A stretch of DNA of 64,000 bases from Planctomycetota bacterium (GTDB lineage Bacteria; Planctomycetota; E44-bin39), in assembly GCA_004376375.1 (NCBI GenBank), contig SOJX01000023.1:36013-100012 (forward strand), given 5' to 3'. Positions within the stretch are counted from its first letter, which is position 1. Every line of letters starts with the position of its first letter. Both the position numbers and the translations under genes were made by a program. Shown in pieces: positions 54,160-64,000 of this stretch. Below the pieces are notes generated by a model. That model searched no databases. It had not been told where the DNA came from and worked only from the letters and a program-made list of their open reading frames with translations.

Positions 54160-54963
54160 CTATCTCGGGCCGCCGCCTCCGCGGTCTCCGCCGCCGCCGC
54201 GGTTTCCACCGCCGCCGCGACCGCCACGGCTACTGCGACCGCGTCTGCCGCCGAACATTCCACCCATACCTCCACGACCGCCTTGATTCATTTCCTTGAA
54301 TTTATCATACTGGTCCGGGGTAAGAATTTCCTGCATGGCCAGGTCCATATCCTCGCGTGCCTTCTCCATTAGCGCTCTTCTTTCTTCGCGGGTCATTTGC
54401 TCGTCCTGGTTTCTATTACTCCATATCTCCCGCATCTTCTTACTCATTTCATCCGTGATAGCCTTGACCTTTGCCTTCTGGTCATCGTCCAGTCCCAGGC
54501 GCTCCGCCATCCTGTCGGCGCTGCTGCTGCGATGCCTGTTCATCATGCCGCGCATCAGTTTCTCGGGATTCTTCTGAATCTCCTCTATCACTTTCTCAGC
54601 GAGAGAGGTGGAGCCTTCGCCGTCTCCCGAGTCTGATGCAAGGCCTGACCTTATGTCCTGAATTCCCTCCATCCTGTCTTCCAGACTCGCAACCCGCTCC
54701 TGGAGAGTGTCCACTTTGCCGCCCAGCTTACCGTCAATTTTCGCCAGCGGCCTGTCCGGCTTCATAAGCGCCTTTCTTTCCATCGCCTCGAACCTTGCCT
54801 GATAGTCGCTCTCGAGGTTCTTGATCTTGGCCTCCAGCTTGGCGATCTTCGCGGTATCGCCGGAAGTGCCGGCCTTCTCCTTGCCTGCAGTCGAGATAAA
54901 GGCAATGCCGCCTCCGACTACAGCTGCAATAATAAGGGTCAATACGATTTGTGATGCTTTCAT
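54160..54963 (-). CDS. periplasmic Spy/CpxP-like protein with coiled-coil and Gly/Arg-rich tail
   Basis: Signal/TM at the N-terminus, an LTPDQ (LTxxQ-like) motif, and a C-terminal GGRGGGGNRGGGGDRGGGG tail. Start overlaps the kinase stop. Confidence 0.5.
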   Translation of the reverse strand: MKASQIVLTLIIAAVVGGGIAFISTAGKEKAGTSGDTAKIAKLEAKIKNLESDYQARFEAMERKALMKPDRPLAKIDGKLGGKVDTLQERVASLEDRMEGIQDIRSGLASDSGDGEGSTSLAEKVIEEIQKNPEKLMRGMMNRHRSSSADRMAERLGLDDDQKAKVKAITDEMSKKMREIWSNRNQDEQMTREERRALMEKAREDMDLAMQEILTPDQYDKFKEMNQGGRGGMGGMFGGRRGRSSRGGRGGGGNRGGGGDRGGGGPR

Positions 54964-57116
54964 TTCTCCTCCTTTGTTTTAGGAATATCGGTTTTCCCTT
55001 CTCCGTTTTTCTGCATTCCTTCCAGTCTGTTTCCGCGGTGCACCCCGGGCGGACGCCCGTGTCCGCGCCCGTCTCTGCGGCCCCACCTTCCTCCCCTGGG
55101 GGGAAACATCATACGACGAAAGTCCGGGATTTCCCTGAGGAATTCATCCGCCTCTTCGGGTGTCATATGTTCAAGAAGCTTCGTACGTGTATCCCCGAGC
55201 ATTTCCTGGAGATTCTTACTTCTTTCCCGCCAGTCGTCGGGCGAGTTCTCCGATTGAAAACCCTGGCTGAACACCTTCTCGATACTTTTCACGTGTTCGC
55301 TGAAGACTGCTTTTGCAGCCTCGAGTTTTGTGGAATCCCAGTCGTTTTCCACGGCATACTCGACGATCCTGTCGTCGATTCTCCGGGCAAGCACCTTTAT
55401 GCTTTCCATTATCATTTTGGAGCGTCTTTCACTTTCCTGCTGGCGTCTTTCGGCTTCGCGCTCTTTCAGCGTTTCATCCAAAAGCTGTTTCATCTCTTCT
55501 TTTTTCTTTTTGTCCGTCGTTTTATCGACAACGGGCTTCACGTTATTGAAGACGCTCATCAGGACAGATACCGCGATTACAATCAGTACAACCACGACCA
55601 CGCTGACGGCGGCAATCCACGGGGCGGTTTTCCTGGACGGCTCGACCGGAATAAACTGCGGCACCGATTCCGGAGCGGGCCGTACCGGTTTGGGCACCTC
55701 CGGCACAAACATGTATTTTGCGAGCGCCTCCCTTTCGGCAAACGCGAGAAACACCTTTCTCATGTCCGCTATCAGTTCCGTAACGTCCGGGTAACGCTCG
55801 TCAGGATTCTTTTCCATCATCCTGTAGACGATACGGCATACTTCCGGCGGAATATTGTCGGCCAGCGAATCCAGCGGCGGCGGCGGCGCCTTGGAGTGCT
55901 TTTCATGAAGCTCGGTAAACGAGTCGCCGACAAACGGGGGCCTGCCCGCAAGCATGTGGTAGAAGGTCGCGCCCAGGGAATATATATCGCTCCTTGCGTC
56001 AAGGCGCTCCCCCTCGAACTGCTCGGGCGACATGTACGAAGGAGTCCCGAGCACCGTTCCGGCCGCCGTGACCGCCATATCGGGCGAGGCTTCCCCGCCT
56101 TCAGTATCCGCCTCCGGCAACTCCATCTCGCCCTTGGCGAGGCCGAAATCCGTAACCTTTATCTCGCCGGTCCCGGTAATCATTATGTTGTCGGGCTTCA
56201 GGTCGCGGTGAATCAGTTTCTTCGCGTGCGCCGCTTCGAGGCCCTTTGCGGCGCCCTCGATAATAAGCAGCGCCTGCTCCGAAGAAAACCTGCCTTCCTC
56301 TTTCAGGACTTCGCCGACGCTCTTGCCCTCGATCAGCTGCATTACGATGTAGGAATAGCCGTCTTCCTCACCGGCGTCGTGGACTACGACGACGTTCGGG
56401 TGCTCGAGGCTCGCGGCTGCGCGCGCCTCTCTGAGAAACCGCTGCTTATGGACCTCGCTTATAAGGGCGGGGGTCATAATCTTGACCGCCACCATCTTGC
56501 TCAGGGTAATGTGCCTTGCCCTGTAAACGGCGCCCATGCCGCCTTCGCCGATTTTCTCGATAACCTCGCATGGACCAATCTGCTTTCCGATAAAGCGGGC
56601 ATCAAGGTCCGCCATCGCGTCGGCCATCTCCGGGCTGATGGTTCCCGCAGTCCCCGTGAGTGCCTGGCGGCGCGCCAGAATCTCCTTGAGCCTGCGGCCC
56701 AGGCCCTTGTTCTTTTCCCTCTCCTGCAGGTTCAGGGCGCCCCATACTTCCGCATAGGTAACCTGTTTCTTTTGGGCGGCGTCAAGGCCGAATGCCAGGT
56801 CCGCGAGCAGGTCTTTTTCGCCCTCACCGGACAGCGATTCTTTATAGAGTTTCAGCAGGTTGCCGAGCTGCCTGTCCCGCACGTATTTTCTTTTTGAAAA
56901 CTCTACTGCCAGGGAATGCAGCACGCCCTCAAATTTTTGTGAATCAAGACATTCGAGCAATTGATCCTTGGATATCATTCCTTCCTGGACTGCCGTCGTC
57001 CTCAGGAAAACTTCGGACGTGGTCTCATTTTCCGGATCTTCCAGGCTTATGCCCTCCGAGAGGGCATGCTCCAGCATTTTATCGCTCGTGTCAGATGTAA
57101 AATAATCATCCTGCAT
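54960..57116 (-). CDS. Hanks-type serine/threonine protein kinase, membrane-anchored
   Basis: GEGGMGAVYRA glycine loop, VAVK, HRDLKPDNIM, DFGLA. One TM helix after the kinase domain, then a coiled-coil C-terminal region. ATG 57116 is preferred over TTG 57128. Confidence 0.9.
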   Translation of the reverse strand: MQDDYFTSDTSDKMLEHALSEGISLEDPENETTSEVFLRTTAVQEGMISKDQLLECLDSQKFEGVLHSLAVEFSKRKYVRDRQLGNLLKLYKESLSGEGEKDLLADLAFGLDAAQKKQVTYAEVWGALNLQEREKNKGLGRRLKEILARRQALTGTAGTISPEMADAMADLDARFIGKQIGPCEVIEKIGEGGMGAVYRARHITLSKMVAVKIMTPALISEVHKQRFLREARAAASLEHPNVVVVHDAGEEDGYSYIVMQLIEGKSVGEVLKEEGRFSSEQALLIIEGAAKGLEAAHAKKLIHRDLKPDNIMITGTGEIKVTDFGLAKGEMELPEADTEGGEASPDMAVTAAGTVLGTPSYMSPEQFEGERLDARSDIYSLGATFYHMLAGRPPFVGDSFTELHEKHSKAPPPPLDSLADNIPPEVCRIVYRMMEKNPDERYPDVTELIADMRKVFLAFAEREALAKYMFVPEVPKPVRPAPESVPQFIPVEPSRKTAPWIAAVSVVVVVLIVIAVSVLMSVFNNVKPVVDKTTDKKKKEEMKQLLDETLKEREAERRQQESERRSKMIMESIKVLARRIDDRIVEYAVENDWDSTKLEAAKAVFSEHVKSIEKVFSQGFQSENSPDDWRERSKNLQEMLGDTRTKLLEHMTPEEADEFLREIPDFRRMMFPPRGGRWGRRDGRGHGRPPGVHRGNRLEGMQKNGEGKTDIPKTKEEK

Positions 57117-57200
57117 TTGCCGCCTCAACTCTCTACCTCTATATAGCGAAAAAGGGGGGAACTCCGACAGGAAAAGAAGATTTTTCGGCTTTTATAACCC

Positions 57201-57950
57201 CTATCCCCGGCCCAACATACGCCAGAGGTCGCGGATTTCTTCCTCGATTTCGGACTGTTTTTCGACGTATGCGGCAACTTCTTCCCTAAGCAGAAACCGG
57301 TACCAGCGAAGCGCCTTCTTATAATGGCCTTCGACCTGGCGCACCGAAATGCCCATTTCCCGGGCAATACGATTATTTGCACCGTAGTCCGCAGCCCCGC
57401 CCCGTGCAAACCGCCGCCTGAAAACTTCAAAAGTATCCATGCAGTCACGGTCGGTACACATATCTTTCAGACGTGAAAAAATCGTATTAAGAAGCGAGAT
57501 CGCCCACTGGCGGTTGAACTCTCTCTCAGGCGTGAGCTGATCGCTCGGTTCACAGGCGGGAAACTCCGAGCTTGCCATCTGTTCGATAAACTTCGTTCCT
57601 TTCGGGAAGTCGGTTTTTCCAGCGGCCTGCTGCCCCTCCCTGGACGAAAGGAACCTCGTGACGGACGTCAATAAATAACTTCTGAAACGTCCTTTTGCGG
57701 GATCGGCGCGGCCTACTATATCCACTTCCAGCATTTTCGCAAAAAAGGCCTGGGTGAGGTCCTTTGCCTCCTCGTTGTTTCTGCCCTTCCGGCGGATAAA
57801 GAAATACACGGGCCGCCAGTATCTTTCCAGCAGGAAATCCAGGCGTTTCAGGCGATCTTCGGACGACAGCTCTTTTACGCTCAGGATGTCGGTCCAGGGC
57901 GTCGACATGAAGGCGTATCCGTTTCCGCCGATGTCAGTATCCCGCTTCAT
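57201..57950 (-). CDS. ECF-type RNA polymerase sigma factor
   Basis: Sigma-70 region 2-like (ERYWRPVYFFIRRKGRNNEEAKDLTQAFF) and region 4-like HTH (IAREMGISVRQVEGHYKKALRWYR). Immediately upstream of the kinase. Confidence 0.7.
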   Translation of the reverse strand: MKRDTDIGGNGYAFMSTPWTDILSVKELSSEDRLKRLDFLLERYWRPVYFFIRRKGRNNEEAKDLTQAFFAKMLEVDIVGRADPAKGRFRSYLLTSVTRFLSSREGQQAAGKTDFPKGTKFIEQMASSEFPACEPSDQLTPEREFNRQWAISLLNTIFSRLKDMCTDRDCMDTFEVFRRRFARGGAADYGANNRIAREMGISVRQVEGHYKKALRWYRFLLREEVAAYVEKQSEIEEEIRDLWRMLGRG

Positions 57951-58089
57951 CCGTCACTCCAATTGACGAGAGAAAGTTCCGCCCCGCCCTGCAATACGGG
58001 AAACGATATGGAAATGTTTAAATCACAGGCGGTCCATCCAACGGACCGCCGTCCTGAAACGCGACATTTTTCAAAACATTACTATGGAA

Positions 58090-59622
58090 CTATTTCATAA
58101 GGTTCGGCGGTTTAAGCTGCTTTACTTCGCCGAAGTCCTCGAGCCTGTCCTTGTGCCGGCCGTCGCCTTTTTTCATTTCCTCGATCTTACCTACGACCAC
58201 TACCTTCAAGCCGTCGGGGTTAAGGTATTTTTTCGCCACCTCGAGAACCTTTTCGCGCGTTACCTTCCTGTAGTTGTCCCGGTAATGCTCGTAGTAGTCA
58301 AGCGGGCGCTTATTGTACTCGTTTCCGGCAAGCACCTTCACCTTGGCGTATGCGGACGAGCCCCTGCCGCTGAAGATGCTCGGAAACCGCTCGATATAAA
58401 GGTCTTTTGCGCGCTTGAGCTCTTCCTCGCTGACGAGCTCGGTCCTGATCCTGTTTACCTCCTCCATCACGATGGAAACGGCAAATGCAACGCTTTTGGC
58501 CTTCGTCTGAAACGAACACAGGAACATACCGGTGTATTCCACCGGTATGTCGAACCAGGAGCCCACCGAATAAGCCAGTCCTTCGTCGTTGCGCACGCGG
58601 TTGGGAATCCGGGACATGAACCCGCCGCCGCCGAGAACGGCATTCATAATTCTGACCGTGTAGACGTCCGGGTTGTCTTCGCGGATTCCGACGTGCCCGA
58701 TCCTGACGTATCCCTGGTTTATTTCTTTTTCGAGAAGGAAAACGCCTTTTTTGAACTTTATCTCCACGGCCGGCACTTCGGGGAAATCAACCTTTCCCTG
58801 TTTCCACCCGGAAAACAGTTTTTCAATCTTCTTTATCATCGCGCCGCGCTCGAAATCGCCCGCGACCGCGACGATGCAGTTGTTCGGGTAAAAATATTTC
58901 TTATGGAAAGCGAGAAGGTCATCGCGGGTAATCGAGTTTATCGTCGACTTCTTCGTCACGCGGCCGGCCGGATGGCCGCCGTACAGGAGCTTCCCGGACG
59001 TATCGCCAAGTATGCTGCGGGCCCGGTCGTAACGGTGCCGGAGGCCCTGCAGTGTCTTTTCCCTGTACCTGCGGATCTCGTCCTCAACAAACACCGGGTT
59101 CATCAGCACGTCGGCAAGGACTTTGAGGCCATTGTCGATATCCTCTTTCAGAACGGAAAGGCTCACGGTGCCCGACGTGAACCCGATACGGCTTTCGAGC
59201 CTGCCTGCGAGCTGGGCCATGTAATCGTCGATCTCCTCGCCCGTCATGCTTTTCGTGCCGCCCTTCTTCATAAGGTTCCCGCACGCGGAGGCCAGCCCCG
59301 TCTTCTCTTCGGGCTCGTAAAGCGAACCCGTGCGGACCGTGACTTCCATGTCGAAAGTGGGAAGCTCGCGGTCCTCCGCGATGTAAAGTATCATTCCGTT
59401 TGGCAGCTTTACGCGGTAATCCGACGCCTTCGGCGGATCGAACTTCAGCGGTTTGAACTTGAGCTTTAAAGGATGGTCGGCGATATCCCCCCCGGTTCTA
59501 CCGGCTTTTTCAACGCCTTTTACGGCATCGGCCTTGCCCTTGACCGGCTCCGCGCTGGAACACGAAACAGGCGGAATCGCCAGAGTCACCAGAGCCAGTA
59601 CTATCATGAAACGCTTCAGCAT
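58090..59622 (-). CDS. M16 family peptidase, non-catalytic-type subunit
   Basis: Insulinase fold with lipoprotein-like signal peptide and no HxxEH motif. Confidence 0.8.
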   Translation of the reverse strand: MLKRFMIVLALVTLAIPPVSCSSAEPVKGKADAVKGVEKAGRTGGDIADHPLKLKFKPLKFDPPKASDYRVKLPNGMILYIAEDRELPTFDMEVTVRTGSLYEPEEKTGLASACGNLMKKGGTKSMTGEEIDDYMAQLAGRLESRIGFTSGTVSLSVLKEDIDNGLKVLADVLMNPVFVEDEIRRYREKTLQGLRHRYDRARSILGDTSGKLLYGGHPAGRVTKKSTINSITRDDLLAFHKKYFYPNNCIVAVAGDFERGAMIKKIEKLFSGWKQGKVDFPEVPAVEIKFKKGVFLLEKEINQGYVRIGHVGIREDNPDVYTVRIMNAVLGGGGFMSRIPNRVRNDEGLAYSVGSWFDIPVEYTGMFLCSFQTKAKSVAFAVSIVMEEVNRIRTELVSEEELKRAKDLYIERFPSIFSGRGSSAYAKVKVLAGNEYNKRPLDYYEHYRDNYRKVTREKVLEVAKKYLNPDGLKVVVVGKIEEMKKGDGRHKDRLEDFGEVKQLKPPNLMK

Positions 59623-59689
59623 TGAATCCTCCCCTGTTGACGTATCTGAAGGTTCGGGTGCCGTGGTTCAATCCTCCCGGCGCCCGATT

Positions 59690-61465
59690 CTATCTATCAT
59701 CATCCTCTTCGCCGGAGCCTTCTTCAGAATCACCGACTGTAACAATCCTGGGCCTGAAGGGCAGCATTCCGCCCATTTCATCCATCTTATCCTCTATCAG
59801 TTTCAGTCTTTCTTCGGCGACTTCACGCTCATCGAGTCCGAACCGTCCGACTTCGATATAGATATTTTCGTCATCCATACGGACGCTGACGCCCGCCTGC
59901 TGCGTGCTTATGAACTTTTCCATTCTTCCCATTTGAGTCTCCATCTCGGGCGTACGCGGTACTTCCATAAGCCGTATCGTAAGGTAAGTTTCCAGCACTT
60001 TTTCAGGCTGAGTGATTATGCCGACCGTCCGGTTGGTTTTCACGAAATACTTCTTCGCGACGCGCATTATGTCTTCCTCGGTGACTTTTGCGATCTTCGC
60101 GGGAGACTCGAGCAGGTTCCGCCAGCCGTGCATGCACTCGCCGCCGGCAAGCATGTACGCGAGAAAACCGTTCGAGGCCAGCATCCGTATCACCTGCGCC
60201 CTGATCTGTTTCTTCGCCCTCTCGAGGTCCTTTTTGGGAACGGGTTTGCTTTTTATCTCGTCAATAATTTCATAGATTGCCTCTTCAACCTCTTCGGGCG
60301 AGACTTCGCCCTTCGCCGTGCCGTAAAAGCTGAACGAGCTGGGGAATTTATCCCTGCCGGCGCTGCAGCTGCAGGACGTTGCAAGCTCCCGGTCCCGGAC
60401 TATCTTCTTGTAAAGAGGTCCCGCGTTGCCCGAAAGGACTCTATCAAGCACCTGAAGCGGGTAAATGTCGGGATGTTTGATGGAAGGAGCATGATACGAT
60501 ATCATGACCTGGGGCTGGGTGTCGATTTCACCGTAAACGCGCTTCTCGTAGCGCTGGGGGTGTTCCATCGTCACGACCGGCGGCGGGTCCTCGCCGCGGG
60601 GTATGCGGCCGAAATATTTTTCCGCCAGTTCGAATGCTTCTTCGCTCTTCACGTCGCCGACCAGAACCACCACCGCGTTATTGGGCACGTAATAGGTCTT
60701 CTGGTATTTCAGGGCTTTCTCCAGAGTCATGTTTTCCAGGTCGACCATCCACCCCACTATCGGGTGGGAATAAGGATGAGCGTCATACATCACCGCTTCG
60801 AAGGTTTCATGGAAGAATCCCGTCGGCCTGTTCTCATGGAGCCTGCGCTCTTCCTTGATAACGCCGAGCTCGGCGTAGAACTCCCTGAACACCGAGTTCG
60901 CCATGCGGTCCGACTCGAGCCAGAAAAAAAGCTCCAGCTTGTTCGACGGCACACTAACGACGTAACCGGTATAGTCGGTGCCCGTCATTGCATTCAGTCT
61001 TGTGCCGCCTTTGCGCTGGTAATGCTCCCATATTTCCTCTGAAACAGTTATCTCCTTCTGGGCGACGCGAAGTTCATCCAGTTCCTTCTGAAGCTCTTTC
61101 AGCTTCGCGGCGTTTTTATCAGCGTCAGCTTCCAGGCCGCGCATCTCGAGGACGATTTCATTTATCCGCCTGTTGTACTCGGCGTCCTTTACGGGGTCTT
61201 TTGTGCCGATTATCCCGGTGCCTTTGAACATCATATGCTCGACCAGGTGCGACACGCCCGTAATACCCGGAACCTCGTTGGCCGAGCCCACCTTGAAGAA
61301 AACACGGCAGGCAATCTCCGGCGTCCCGGGGCGCTCCACAACGAGCACTGTCAACCCGTTGTCAAGAATCTTCTCCTTTACGTCAATCTTCAGAACCTCG
61401 TCCTCGGAGTGCGACGCGACGCAGAAAAGGGCTACTCCGATAACTGCAAGAAGAAGCTTTCTCAT
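59690..61465 (-). CDS. M16 family zinc peptidase (HxxEH)
   Basis: Inverted zinc-binding motif HLVEHMMFKGT. Long coiled-coil insertion. Confidence 0.85.
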   Translation of the reverse strand: MRKLLLAVIGVALFCVASHSEDEVLKIDVKEKILDNGLTVLVVERPGTPEIACRVFFKVGSANEVPGITGVSHLVEHMMFKGTGIIGTKDPVKDAEYNRRINEIVLEMRGLEADADKNAAKLKELQKELDELRVAQKEITVSEEIWEHYQRKGGTRLNAMTGTDYTGYVVSVPSNKLELFFWLESDRMANSVFREFYAELGVIKEERRLHENRPTGFFHETFEAVMYDAHPYSHPIVGWMVDLENMTLEKALKYQKTYYVPNNAVVVLVGDVKSEEAFELAEKYFGRIPRGEDPPPVVTMEHPQRYEKRVYGEIDTQPQVMISYHAPSIKHPDIYPLQVLDRVLSGNAGPLYKKIVRDRELATSCSCSAGRDKFPSSFSFYGTAKGEVSPEEVEEAIYEIIDEIKSKPVPKKDLERAKKQIRAQVIRMLASNGFLAYMLAGGECMHGWRNLLESPAKIAKVTEEDIMRVAKKYFVKTNRTVGIITQPEKVLETYLTIRLMEVPRTPEMETQMGRMEKFISTQQAGVSVRMDDENIYIEVGRFGLDEREVAEERLKLIEDKMDEMGGMLPFRPRIVTVGDSEEGSGEEDDDR

Positions 61466-61645
61466 GTTATTTATCTCCCGAACAGCGGTTACCCGTGTTT
61501 ATGGATATTTATACGTACGCGGCGCCCGGATGTTGACGTAAATCCCGGGTTAAACGATTTTTACGCACGCTGCGAAAATATACCCTTATGGCCCGAATAT
61601 GTCACGTTAATTTCGAAAAAACATGGACACAAGGCGGGCATAACT

Positions 61646-63331
61646 TTAAACGTTACGCTCCTCGATCCGAAACAACGCCTGCCGCACGCGGAATAGAACG
61701 TGCTCGTCTTCATCCTCGAACAGCTTCCTCAGTTCGGTTTTTGCATTCTCCGCATCCTGTTCACCGGCAAGGGCGCCGACGGCCAGAGCGCCGGACGAGC
61801 GGACGCGTATCCTTTCATCTTTAAAAAGCTCCAGCAGCAGCGGAACAGCTTCCGAGCAACCGAGCAGTCTTAACGTATTCGCGGCGCGCCCCCTGCCTCC
61901 CTCCGAAAGTCTCGGCCATGCATGTATAATTCTCTGACCCGAATCGGGATTATGAAACTTCCCGAGTGCTTCGGCCGCGTTATCGCACACCAGCATGCTT
62001 GAGTCTTCCAGCGCGTTCCAGATATATGGAAGAGCTTCCTCGTCCCCCGTTTCCGCCAGCGCGGCAACGGCGACAGCGCGCGCATCCGGCTCATTTTCAG
62101 AAAGATAGGGAACAATTATTTCAATCGCTTCCGGCCCGCCTGCCTGCGCTATCGCATATAGCTGGTCTGCAAGATTAATTCCCTTGCGTCGCCAAAGAAG
62201 TTTTTTCATCGCAGGAAGCGCTGCCGGGTCGCCCAGTACCCCGAGTGCCCGATATGCAGCCGCATAGGTTTCATAATCACCGCTTTGAAGCAGTTTTTCC
62301 AGGATTGCCTTTGCATCGGGTGACTTCGTCGCCGCGATTGAAATCATCGCCTCGCCCGCGAGTGTGGGGTGCCTGTCAAGGAAAGGGGTCAGATATTTAA
62401 TATCCTCCGGTTCCGAAATAATCTGAAATGCTCTGATCGATTCCCTGCCCTGCCAGTAGGAGGCCCCGTACTCATCATATAAAAACTGCTCTATGATTCT
62501 TGTCATCATTTCCCGGGTTCCAGCCTTATCAAGCACGTTTGCTGTTATAACCGCATCTTGACTCCACTCTCTTTCAAATCCACTGTAATTCTTTTCAATA
62601 AGTTCAAATGATGATTCACTTCCGATAAGCCGTAACGTTTTCATAATATCGTAAACAGAAAAAATTCTTACATCCTTTCTCCACAGCTCCAGGAGCGGTT
62701 GTTCATCTTTTTCATCCAGTAAACCGCCTATTGCATATATCGCCTCTTTGAAATGCCTGTGCGTGCCTCCCTCGAACAGCCCCGAACCTAGCAGAACTTC
62801 CAGCACGTCCAGTATTGCTGGCGTCGCATCTGACAAAGCCAAATTTCCCAGACCGCGGATAACGCCCAAGTGACCGAAATCAAGCACATCCTTATCCATT
62901 ATGGAAACAAGCTTCGGCAGGTCTTCTTCGTCTCCCACAAGGCCGAGATAATAGGCCGCGCCCGCGCCGAGTCTGTCATTCGATGATTCCAGTTCCGCTC
63001 GGGCCGCTTTCTGCCCTTCACGGTGACGGTCGGGGTCACGATAAGTACGCAGAACTTCATTTACACTTTCGTCGTCCGGAGCATACAGCCTGGCTTTCTG
63101 ATACGCCCAGCGCGCGCAGCAGTAACGGTGGCACAGCTCGAAGGGATGGTAAACTTCATCCCCCTGCGTGCATGAATATAAACCGGAACGCGACAGCAGC
63201 TGCCCCAGCCGCATGTATAACGCGGGATTGTGCGGGTCCAGGCGGATTGCTTCCCGCAGCTCGGATACATTGTTTATATCGGAAGCTGGTGTCATAAGAA
63301 TTATTATACGCCTAATAATACAGACTGGCAA
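61646..63331 (-). CDS. HEAT/TPR-like repeat protein
   Basis: Multiple PBS-lyase HEAT-like repeats (DARAVAVAALAETGDEEALPYIWNALED). Start may be the internal Met at residue 13. Confidence 0.55.
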   Translation of the reverse strand: MPVCIIRRIIILMTPASDINNVSELREAIRLDPHNPALYMRLGQLLSRSGLYSCTQGDEVYHPFELCHRYCCARWAYQKARLYAPDDESVNEVLRTYRDPDRHREGQKAARAELESSNDRLGAGAAYYLGLVGDEEDLPKLVSIMDKDVLDFGHLGVIRGLGNLALSDATPAILDVLEVLLGSGLFEGGTHRHFKEAIYAIGGLLDEKDEQPLLELWRKDVRIFSVYDIMKTLRLIGSESSFELIEKNYSGFEREWSQDAVITANVLDKAGTREMMTRIIEQFLYDEYGASYWQGRESIRAFQIISEPEDIKYLTPFLDRHPTLAGEAMISIAATKSPDAKAILEKLLQSGDYETYAAAYRALGVLGDPAALPAMKKLLWRRKGINLADQLYAIAQAGGPEAIEIIVPYLSENEPDARAVAVAALAETGDEEALPYIWNALEDSSMLVCDNAAEALGKFHNPDSGQRIIHAWPRLSEGGRGRAANTLRLLGCSEAVPLLLELFKDERIRVRSSGALAVGALAGEQDAENAKTELRKLFEDEDEHVLFRVRQALFRIEERNV

Positions 63332-63426
63332 GGCTCGACATTCTTGGGCTCAAACATCTTGCATCGGCAGGTGCAGATGTTATAATGCCCCGCAATCGTC
63401 AATACCTTCCTAAAAGGAGAAAACCG

Positions 63427-64000
63427 ATGATAAGCCGTATCCTTCTTCTCGGACTTGCGGGCTTCGTTCTGTTTTTCGGCACCGGCTGCACGGGCGAGGA
63501 CGAAAACGTCATCGTCATAGGCTTTGCCGGCCCGCTTTCCGGTGGCTCGTCCGCGCAGGGACAGATAATAATCAAGGCCATCCGGATGCACGTCGAGGAA
63601 ATCAACGCAAGGGGCGGCATCAACGGCAAAAAGGTAAAACTGATCGAAATGGACGACGCCTCCAACCAGACGCAGGCGGCCACCGTGGCGACAAAACTCG
63701 CCGGCAACCCCGCGGTTGTCGCCGTCCTCGGACACTTCAACTCCCGCTGCACAAACGCCGGGAAAAACGTCTACGAGCAGGCAAAGGTTCCGCAGTTCAG
63801 CTACGCGTCGACAAACCCGGAAATCTGCATCGGCCACCCGTGGACGTTCCGCAATATCTACAAGGACATCCAGCAGGGCATCAAGCTCGCGCAATATGCC
63901 AAGAAGAACCTCAAGCTCGAGAACGTCGTCGTATTTTTCCAGAAAGACGATTACGGCGAGGGGCTGAAGGATGCCTTCATGAACGAGGCAAAGAACCTGG
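63427..64000 (+). CDS. branched-chain amino acid ABC transporter substrate-binding lipoprotein (LivK family), 5-prime partial
   Basis: Not in the ORF track because the ORF is open at the window end. ATG 63427 has an AAAGGAGAA RBS, lipobox GTGC, and a type-I periplasmic binding fold. Confidence 0.8.
   Translation, partial: MISRILLLGLAGFVLFFGTGCTGEDENVIVIGFAGPLSGGSSAQGQIIIKAIRMHVEEINARGGINGKKVKLIEMDDASNQTQAATVATKLAGNPAVVAVLGHFNSRCTNAGKNVYEQAKVPQFSYASTNPEICIGHPWTFRNIYKDIQQGIKLAQYAKKNLKLENVVVFFQKDDYGEGLKDAFMNEAKNL

Overview
This is a high-GC (about 60%) bacterial chromosomal window with densely packed genes, probably from an uncultivated anaerobic diderm. The gene content loosely resembles a PVC-type or candidate-phylum organism, but that is an impression, not a claim.

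Recognisable core genes:
- nusA-infB-DUF503-rbfA operon, followed by queE
- a truncated Mla lipid-transport operon (mlaE-mlaF-[insert]-long mlaD)
- two tandem lspA paralogs
- an acyl-CoA dehydrogenase plus a Na+-translocating biotin-dependent decarboxylase set (carboxyltransferase, small gamma-like subunit, biotin carrier, membrane beta subunit)
- a three-subunit xanthine-dehydrogenase-family molybdoenzyme (FAD, 2Fe-2S, Moco) with a CooC-like ATPase and a LexA-like regulator
- folE, dapA and pdxJ
- a prepilin peptidase
- an envelope-glycan modification cluster (two hexapeptide acetyltransferases, two glycosyltransferases, two Kdo/WaaP-family kinases, an ICMT-type methyltransferase)
- two tandem YfbK-like VWA proteins
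- an ECF sigma factor, Ser/Thr kinase and Spy-like periplasmic protein operon
- two M16 peptidases, a HEAT-repeat protein and a partial LivK-like binding protein

The most unusual signal is non-coding. Almost every intergenic region, and several gene ends, carries short tandem arrays of 7-8 bp units: GGTACTC, CCTTATTC, AACAAGG, GACAAGG, GTGCTGG, GGTCCTTC, AGTATGAAGG and others. These arrays are very often arranged as imperfect inverted pairs that would fold into 50-100 nt RNA or DNA hairpins.

Overlaid on these are at least two palindromic dispersed families:
- a 29-bp REP-like element, GTTAGCGGCGCCGCTTGCGCGGCGTTGAA
- a GACAGACA-N4-TGTCTGTC palindrome, in two of four copies adjacent to a TAACGCGCGAAGCTC motif

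Two REP-family copies lie in frame inside a membrane glycosyltransferase gene. Two copies of the 'four-helix-bundle' gene (TIGR02436), best known from 23S rRNA intervening sequences, sit as discrete cassettes bounded by inverted repeat arms. One of them is inside the mla operon.

No CRISPR array, tRNA, rRNA, transposase or integrase was detected.
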